DNA of 6,889 nt from Octopus sinensis (GCF_006345805.1 NW_021829206.1:1-6889), one strand, 5' to 3'; positions 1-5,673 are shown, counted from the first letter of the stretch. Translations and numbers: made by a program. Notes: generated by a model not told the origin, from the sequence alone.

Positions 1-1
1 T

Positions 2-240
2 CAATAATAATAATAATAAAATAATAATAATAATGGTTTCAAATTTTGGCACTTGTGGGAGGCGGGGTTGCGAGTTGATTACAACGACTCCAGTGTTCAA
101 CTTGGTACTTATTTTATCGACCCCCGAAAGAATGAAAGACAAAATCATCATCGAATAAACTTAAAACTCGGAACGTAAAGACGGACAAAATAGCACAAAG
201 CAATTTGTCCGGCACATAATGGTTCTGCAAGCTCGCTGCC
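2..240 (-). mobile_element. tRNA-derived SINE, family B, apparently full length and diverged, with (ATT)n tail
   Basis: The minus strand reads GGCAGCGAGCTTGCAGAACC (240-221; A-box-like head), then a degenerate B-box GAGTTTTAAGTTT (169-157), a central block CTTTCATTCTTTCGGGGGTCGATAAAATAAGTACC, and ...GTGCCAAAATTTTGAAACC followed by an (ATT)n tail (plus-strand (TAA)n at 2-34). The resemblance to an abundant octopus SINE is from memory only. Confidence 0.75.
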
Positions 241-429
241 TCATTCATAAAAAAAACCCAAATAGTTTCTCTCCTTCAATAAGATTGGTTATTGAAAATA
301 ACAGGTCCGCTTCAGACATATTGAATCAAAAACCTCTCCCCGGTTCTCCCAACACACCTTCGCCATATTTTATCCCCCCGCCGCCGTTTTTATTACCTTT
401 AATATTTACACTGTTTCCATTCCACTTGT

Positions 430-875
430 GTACATCAGCGCACCAATTTATACACCCCTGCACATATACACCAATATATTCACACACACACCCTGCATCT
501 ATATCCACTCACATCCATACACACATCAATGCATTCATATACATATACAGCATATATATGTGTGTGTGTACGTATATGTATATATATATATATATATATA
601 TAAATATATGTATGTAATATATATATATATATATATATATACGCATATGTGTGTGGATATATATATGTATGTATATATATGTATATACACAGACATATAT
701 GTATATATATACATATATGTACATATATATATATATATGTATATATGTACATATATATATATATAAATGTACATATATATATATATATATATATATGTAC
801 ATATATACAAACACACATATATGTAATTACACCAACATATATACACGCCCAATTTATGTCTACATTTATATACAT
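430..875. repeat. Compound dinucleotide microsatellite (CA-rich, then (TA)n with TG/CA interruptions)
   Basis: Directly visible (CA)n, (TG)n and long (TA)n runs; it accounts for the IYIY/YIYI ORFs in several frames. Confidence 0.95.
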
Positions 876-879
876 CCCC

Positions 880-1035
880 CATCAACATCACCACCACCAC
901 AACCACCACCACCACCACAACCACAACGCCGCCGCTGTTACCACTACTACCACTACTGCATCTACTACAACCACCACCCCCGTCAGCACCATCACCATCA
1001 CTTAAACCACCACCACCGCCGCCGCCGCCACTACT
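880..1035. repeat. Degenerate trinucleotide repeat (CAC/CAA/TAC/CGC)n
   Basis: Runs of CAC, CAA, TAC and GCC triplets in one register; translates as poly-H/T/P or, on the minus strand, poly-V/G. Confidence 0.9.
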
Positions 1036-1153
1036 GTGCAATGTCCAACCAGCCAATGTTGTCTCTTTCTCTCTGTATATTATTTGCTTCTGGTCTGAGT
1101 CATGATGGAAACATCTGGAAACTTGGATGGTAAATCTAATGTAAATAGATGAA

Positions 1154-1213
1154 CAGCACCTCCGCCACCACCACCACTACCACCAGCACCTCCTCCTCCA
1201 TCACCGTCACCAC
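1154..1213. repeat. Short degenerate (CAC/CTC)n trinucleotide repeat
   Basis: CAGCACCTCCGCCACCACCACCACTACCACCAGCACCTCCTCCTCCATCACCGTCACCAC. Confidence 0.85.
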
Positions 1214-1361
1214 GATCAATGTCCCAATGTCAAAGGTCAGCAGGGTCGAATTCCTCCCCTATTCCGCTCCCACCTCACCTGGATGTCTCTAACTTGTTCC
1301 TGTAATGAAAATGGAAAGAATTGGTCGGATCAGTCTGTCAGTCATTCAGCAGTTGTTCCAT

Positions 1362-1456
1362 GTCAGGTCAGATCTCATCGAGAAGGCCTGTGATCAGAAG
1401 TATTCCGGACGTGACTATCCCCGCCTTCTGATTTTTTTTTTTTTTTTTATTTTTAT
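1362..1456 (-). repeat. Possible fragment of a dispersed repeat abutting a poly-T tract
   Basis: Poly-T at 1432-1456 is directly visible. The adjacent minus-strand text GGCGGGGATAGTCACGTCCGGAATACTTCTGATCACAGGCCTTCTCGATGAGATCTGACC resembles the 3' part of an octopus repeat as I recall it; there is no second copy in the window to confirm this. Confidence 0.3.
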
Positions 1457-1501
1457 TGGAGCAGTAGAACAATCATTGGTCTCTTGAACCAATATTGGTC
1501 C

Positions 1502-1640
1502 GCCATCACCACCGGCGCCATCATTATCATCACCACCACCACCATCATCATCACCACCACCGCCATCATCATCACTACCACCACCACCTCTATCACCACC
1601 ACTAATACCATCATCATCACCACCACCACCACTACCACCT
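1502..1640. repeat. Degenerate (CAC/CAT/TAC)n trinucleotide repeat
   Basis: About 46 triplets of CAC/CAT/TAC in register; gives the poly-T/I and poly-V/M ORFs. Confidence 0.92.
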
Positions 1641-1646
1641 CAGGGC

Positions 1647-1711
1647 GATTTAGTAGACGGAAATTGAAAGAAGCCTGTTATATTTATCTATCTATCTATC
1701 TATCTATATAC

Positions 1712-1745
<34 letters not shown>

Positions 1746-1889
1746 ATACATATATATGCGCGTGCGTGCGTCTGTGTGTGCGCGCGCGTCTTTGTGACTG
1801 TGTTCGTTTGACAACCAGTGTTGGTGTGATTAAAGGCGGTGCCCCAGCATGGCCGCAGTCTAATGACTGAAACAAGTAAAAGATAAAAG
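1647..1889 (+). mobile_element. Family A SINE, 5'-truncated, with expanded internal microsatellite and ~95-nt internal deletion
   Basis: GATTTAGTAGACGGAAATTGAAAGAAGCC matches 2811-2839 of the full copy. TTGACAACCAGTGTTGGTGTG matches 2909-2929. TAAAGGCGGTGCCCCAGCATGGCCGCAGTCTAATGACTGAAACAAGTAAAAGA matches 3027-3079. Internal (TATC)n(TA)n(TG)n spans ~1681-1795. Confidence 0.88.
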
Positions 1890-1898
1890 GTGATATAA

Positions 1899-2139
1899 GA
1901 GCACTTTTTTAAAGCCTTGTACTTATTCTATCGGCCATTTTGCCGGACGTAAACACACCAGCACCGGTTGCCAAGCGGGGGTGGGGGTAAACACAGACAC
2001 ATATATTTCAATTTCTGACTAGGTTTTGGTCGACCCATGGCTATTGTAGAAGACACTTGCCCACGGTGCCACGTAATGGGACTGAACCCGAAACCATGAG
2101 GTTGGAAAGCACGCTTCTACCACACTGCCACGCCTGCGC
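1899..2139 (-). mobile_element. Family A SINE, 3'-truncated, with two short internal deletions
   Basis: The reverse complement of 2021-2139 aligns to 2683-2802 (about 20 differences in 120 nt by hand count), with A-box TGGCAGTGTGG and B-box GGTTCAGTCCC. 1899-2005 aligns to ~2875-3003 (GCTGGTGTGTTTACGTCC, CCGATAGAATAAGTAC). Confidence 0.9.
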
Positions 2140-2503
2140 TTGTTAATGCAGAATTTATATCTAAAATGTTACATTTTGACTTGAAATTTTAGAAACAAAA
2201 TTTCTGAGCCGGATGATAATTGGATGGAAAAAGAAATTTATCAAAACTACAGCTGGGATTGAAACCTCAGAAAATATAATTGAAATTCAAATTGATTTTT
2301 CGAAAAAAAAGCAAAACAAAAAAAAACATTCGATTTTCAAAAAAAAGTCTAAAAAGGAAAAAAAAAGCAATTATATTTTGATTTTGGTTTTAACTTCAGA
2401 ATCGTTTTTCTCTCATCTGATTCTTCTTTACAGAATCAAGAAATATCAGCTAACACATGGTCGAACGACCTGCTTGAAATAGGAGCTAAATCACTCTTAA
2501 ATA

Positions 2504-2628
2504 GTACTTCGCTAAGTAACCGCGTGGTTTCGAGTTCAAACTCACTGCGCGGCATCTATTATAGTGTCATCTATTATAGCCCCGGGTTACCAATGTCCTG
2601 GACGGAAACTGAGTGGAAGTCAATCGTA
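2504..2628 (+). mobile_element. Old, degraded 5' half of a family A SINE
   Basis: GGTTTCGAGTTCAAACTCACTGCGCGGCATCT...TATAGCCCCGGGTTACCAATG...GACGGAAACTGA is colinear with 2728-2831 of the full copy; the A-box region is missing or eroded. Confidence 0.75.
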
Positions 2629-2682
2629 ATACATACATACATACATACATACATACATAATATAAATTATATATATATATAT
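2629..2682. repeat. (ATAC)n then (TA)n microsatellite
   Basis: Directly visible; it lies where family A carries its internal microsatellite. Confidence 0.9.
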
Positions 2683-3090
2683 GCGCAGGAGTGGCTGTGT
2701 GGTAAGTAGCTTGCTTACCAACCACATGGTTCCGGGTTCAGTCCCACTGCGTGGCATCTTGCGCAAGTGTCTTCTGCTATAGCCCCGGGCCGACCAATGC
2801 CTTGTGAGTGGATTTGGTTGACGGAAACTGAAAGAAGCCCGTCTAGTATATGTAATATATATATTGTGGTGTGTGTTTGTGTGTCTGTGTTTGTCCCCCT
2901 AGCATTGCTTGACAACCGATGCTGGTGTGTTTACGTCCCCGTCACTTAGCGGTTCGGCAAAAGAGACCGATAGAATAAGTACTGGGCTTACAAAAAGAAT
3001 AAGTCCCCGGGATCGATTTGCTCGACTAAAGGCGGTGCTCCAGCATGGCCGCAGTCAAATGACTGAAACAAGTAAAAGAGTAAAAGAGAG
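2683..3090 (+). mobile_element. Full-length tRNA-derived CORE-type SINE (family A)
   Basis: Head GCGCAGG, Pol III A-box TGGCTGTGTGG (2692-2702) and B-box GGTTCAGTCCC (2735-2745). GCATCTTGCGCAAGTGTCTT (GGGCAAG in two other copies) resembles the CORE motif GACCTTGGGCAAGTCACTT of MIR-type SINEs. Internal TA/TG tract ~2845-2890; 3' end GACTGAAACAAGTAAAAGAGTAAAAGAG. Four other partial copies occur in the window. Possibly the octopus OR-type SINE (recall, unverified). Confidence 0.92.
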
Positions 3091-3097
3091 TATATAA

Positions 3098-3157
3098 AGT
3101 GTGTGTATGTATGTATGTATGTATGTATGTATATATGCATATATGAATGTATGTATG
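3098..3157. repeat. (TATG)n microsatellite, short block
   Basis: Directly visible TATG units with TA interruptions. Confidence 0.9.
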
Positions 3158-3271
3158 TCATTATTCAGTTTTATTTCAAGATCTCTTGTCAATAGAGAAA
3201 AAACCGGTTTCTAACCAAGATCCAAGGCTCCTCCATTGGAATTTCCACATCACCAACAGGGTATTTTTGTT
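3158..3271 (-). mobile_element. Short complex island inside a TATG array; probable retroelement 3'-end fragment
   Basis: About 114 bp of non-repetitive sequence bounded by TATG repeats on both sides. The minus strand has GAAACCGGTT, then AATAAA (3175-3170), then runs into (ACAT)n about 12 nt later. Confidence 0.45.
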
Positions 3272-3349
3272 TGTGTGTGTGTATGTATGTATGTATGTAT
3301 GTATGTATGTATGTATGTATGCGTGTATGTATTTATGTATGTATGTATG

Positions 3350-3383
<34 letters not shown>

Positions 3384-3429
3384 TGTATGTATGTATGCAT
3401 GCGTGTATGTATGTATGTATGTATGTATG

Positions 3430-3463
<34 letters not shown>

Positions 3464-3843
3464 TGTATGTATGTATGTATGCATGCGTGTATGTATGTAT
3501 GTATGTATGCATGTATGTATGTATGTATGTATGTATGCATGTATGCATGTATGTATGTATGTATGTATGTATGTATGTATGTATGTATGTATGCATGCAT
3601 GCATGCATGCATGCATGCATGTATGTATGTATGTATGTATGTACGTATGTATGTATGCATGCATGTATGTATGTATGCATGCGTGTATGTATGTATGTAT
3701 GTATGTATGTATGTATGTATGTATGTATGTATGTATGTACGTATGTATGTATGCATGCGTGTATGTATGTATGTATGTATGTATGCATGCGTGTATGTAT
3801 GTATGTATGTATGTATGTATGTATGTATGTATGTATGTATGTA
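3272..3843. repeat. Long (TATG)n tetranucleotide array (572 bp) with CATG/CGTG/TACG variant units
   Basis: Directly visible. The unit contains no stop codon on either strand, which explains the YVCM/HTYI ORFs. Confidence 0.98.
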
Positions 3844-4025
3844 GCAAGGGGAAGAGAGATTAGATGAATCTAGGCGAATGCTTCTTGAAGCAGTCTGTGT
3901 AAACAGAATCCAGCCAACGAAATTGTTCAGTTGATATCACGGTAATCCGTACAGGTTGATACTCTTTGTTGATAAATCGTTGATAATACATCATCATTCT
4001 TTATGCTTTTTCTCTCCTTCCTCAT

Positions 4026-4200
4026 CTATGTGTATGTGTGTGTGTGTGTGTGTGTGTTGTGTTGTGTGTGTTGTGTTGTGTGTGTTGTGTTGTGTCTTTC
4101 TGCGTCTGATGGCCTGTTTGTCTGTCTGTGTGGTTTCATGAGTGTGTACACTTGTGTGAGTACATGTGTGTGTGTGTGTGCATTTTTGTGTGTTTGAGCG
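4026..4200. repeat. TG-rich compound microsatellite including (TGTGT)n-like units
   Basis: (TG)n and TTGTG units are directly visible. Confidence 0.88.
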
Positions 4201-4270
4201 CATGTACAAACCGGTCTCTGTGCCTATATGCAAGTATGGGCACAAAGGTTGATCGGTTGAAAATCTAGCG

Positions 4271-4340
4271 AACACACACGTTCAAACACACACCCACGCG
4301 CACACACACTGGCTCATGCACACACGACACCGTACACACG
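4271..4340. repeat. CA-rich degenerate microsatellite
   Basis: ACACAC runs interrupted by CG/GT; opposite polarity to 4026-4200. Confidence 0.8.
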
Positions 4341-4507
4341 GGTGGACGATTAAAGACAGTAATAACTTCACATAAAATGGAAATAACAGAAGAAAATAAA
4401 TGGAAATCGGATGGTTTACGAAAAATAAACGATTTTAAACTCTCTTTAGGATTAAAGTATATTAAAACATTAAACTGCATCAGAAACCACAAAAAAGCCC
4501 CAACAAT

Positions 4508-4652
4508 ATGTGTGTGTGTGTGTGTGTGTGTGTTCGTGCATTATATATATATATATATGTATATGCGTGAGTTGTGTGCGTATGTGTGCGTGTGTATGAT
4601 TTGTGTGTGTGAGTGCGTGTGCGTGCATTATATATATATGTATATATTATAT

Positions 4653-4689
<37 letters not shown>

Positions 4690-4824
4690 CTATATATATA
4701 TATGTATATATATATATATTATATATATGCGAGTGTGTGTGAGTGTGAGTGCGTATGTGTGCGTGTGTGTGTGATTAAGAGTGTGTTGTGTGCAGTGTGA
4801 GTATGAGTTATGTATATGTGTGTG
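4508..4824. repeat. Compound (TG)n/(TA)n microsatellite with internal duplication
   Basis: Directly visible; CGTGCATTA recurs at 4535 and 4622, and a 20-mer recurs at 4576 and 4749. Confidence 0.93.
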
Positions 4825-4826
4825 AA

Positions 4827-4980
4827 GACGCGTAGTCTAGTGGTTAGGGTATTGCACTCCCGATCGCTACATCGTGGGTTCGATCTATATTTCCTTTCGT
4901 GTTGCTCCAGTCCACTCAGCTGTAAAGGGATCACCCTGCAATATACTAGACTTCAGATCAGGGGGGCGGGGAATGTTGGC
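4827..4980 (+). mobile_element. tRNA-derived SINE, family C, diverged and internally deleted
   Basis: A-box TAGTCTAGTGG (4833-4843), TTAGGG D-arm-like segment and B-box GGTTCGATC (4877-4885), followed by non-tRNA body GTTGCTCCAGTCCACTCAGCTG. There is no acceptor-stem closure, so it is not a tRNA gene. The 3' boundary is approximate. Confidence 0.7.
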
Positions 4981-5040
4981 TTCACAAAATCTGCATTTTT
5001 AAAAGAAAGTAAAACATCTGAAAGTCGGTTATATTGATTC

Positions 5041-5188
5041 CAGTTTCCATCTACCAAATCCACTCACGAGGCTTTGGTCGCCCCGAGGTTATAGTAGAAG
5101 ACACTTGCCCAAGATGCCATGCTGTGGGACTGAACCCGGAACAATGTAGTTGGGAATCAAGCTTCTTACCACACAGCCACGCCTGCAC
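5041..5188 (-). mobile_element. Family A SINE, 5' 148 nt only
   Basis: The reverse complement aligns to 2683-2830 with about 18 substitutions in 148 nt (hand count); intact A-box TGGCTGTGTGG, B-box GGTTCAGTCCC and CORE-like TTGGGCAAGTGTCTT. Confidence 0.92.
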
Positions 5189-5230
5189 CTATGTATATAT
5201 ATATATTCATTTTTATTCATTTGATTTCAG

Positions 5231-5392
5231 TGAGGTGGTGGTGGGGTCGTGTCCTGTAAAGTCGTCGTGAGGAAGCCTCCGAAACGGCACACATTCACTC
5301 CTGATGATCCCCCGAAACCTTCAAGCATCCTGTATGCGAAGTCTCTGGCTGTACTTGCATTAGCAAGCTGTTTCCAAGTCTCAGACTCATGC
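5231..5392 (+). other. Candidate exon (GC-rich island with splice signals); product unknown, strand uncertain
   Basis: 85/162 G+C (52%) versus 14/60 (23%) at 5401-5460. Preceded by TTTTATTCATTTGATTTCAG (acceptor-like, AG at 5229-5230) and followed by GTATGT (donor-like, 5393-5398). No protein family recognised. Confidence 0.3.
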
Positions 5393-5615
5393 GTATGTAA
5401 TGCTTCTCAGATTTACTTATTTTACATGTATTTACTAAACTTTTCTATAGTTTAACCTTTCTAAACTCTCCCCATTTATGACGAATGCTATACCAGCTTA
5501 TTTTAATGTCCACAGATAAGCACACACTTTAGTTATTTTCTCTTTTTTTTCTATACACCCGAAGAAAGAAGTATGGTTGAAATATCGCTGCCAAAATTTA
5601 TCTTTTACTATACAG

Positions 5616-5673
5616 ATGTACAAAGTATTCTACCTGATGACAGTGACATCCGGCACATAATAACTTCACCTTG
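5616..5673 (+). other. Candidate 58-nt internal exon (phase 1 to phase 2), xVQSILPDDSDIRHIITSPx
   Basis: Acceptor-like TTTATCTTTTACTATACAG (AG at 5614-5615), donor-like TTG|GTATGA (5674), and one open frame between them. No homology recognised. Confidence 0.22.

Noticed and set aside
275-296. Perfect 8-bp hairpin TTCAATAA-GATTGG-TTATTGAA
   Set aside because: Short AT-rich stem expected by chance in this composition; no supporting context.
1096-1102. AP-1 site TGAGTCA
   Set aside because: A single 7-mer is expected by chance in about 7 kb.
219-1133. Long ORFs rich in IY/YI, poly-H/T/P/V/G
   Set aside because: They are translations of (TA)n, (CA)n and (CAC)n repeats, open in several frames on both strands; no domain signature.
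2213-2482. 89-aa Lys-rich ORF
   Set aside because: It arises from A-tracts at about 2303-2366; no splice or homology support.
2455-2500. Possible fragment of another octopus dispersed repeat (GACCTGCTTGAAATAGGAGCTAAATC)
   Set aside because: Similarity is from memory only, the segment is short, and there is no second copy in the window.
2629-3843. CRISPR-like or other prokaryotic repeat system
   Set aside because: There are no regularly spaced identical repeats with unique spacers and no cas-like ORFs; the context is eukaryotic.
3147-3867. Six overlapping 150-238-aa ORFs (YVCM / HTYI repeats)
   Set aside because: (TATG)n lacks stop codons on both strands, so these are artefacts.
3857-3907. 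Three adjacent 5-bp hairpins, one with a GTAA tetraloop
   Set aside because: Stems are too short to exceed chance, and they match no RNA family I recognise.
4827-4890. Possible tRNA gene
   Set aside because: A- and B-boxes are present but the T-arm is broken, no acceptor stem closes, and it continues into a SINE-like body.
5231-5233. In-frame TGA opening a 54-codon exon, possible selenocysteine
   Set aside because: The context (UGGGG...) matches no selenoprotein motif I know (CxxU, UxxC, GCUG) and no SECIS is evident; an alternative acceptor or non-coding status is simpler.
5301-5318. Hammerhead-like words CTGATGA...GAAAC
   Set aside because: Only TCCCCC lies between the core strands (no stem II), and I could not build stems I or III.
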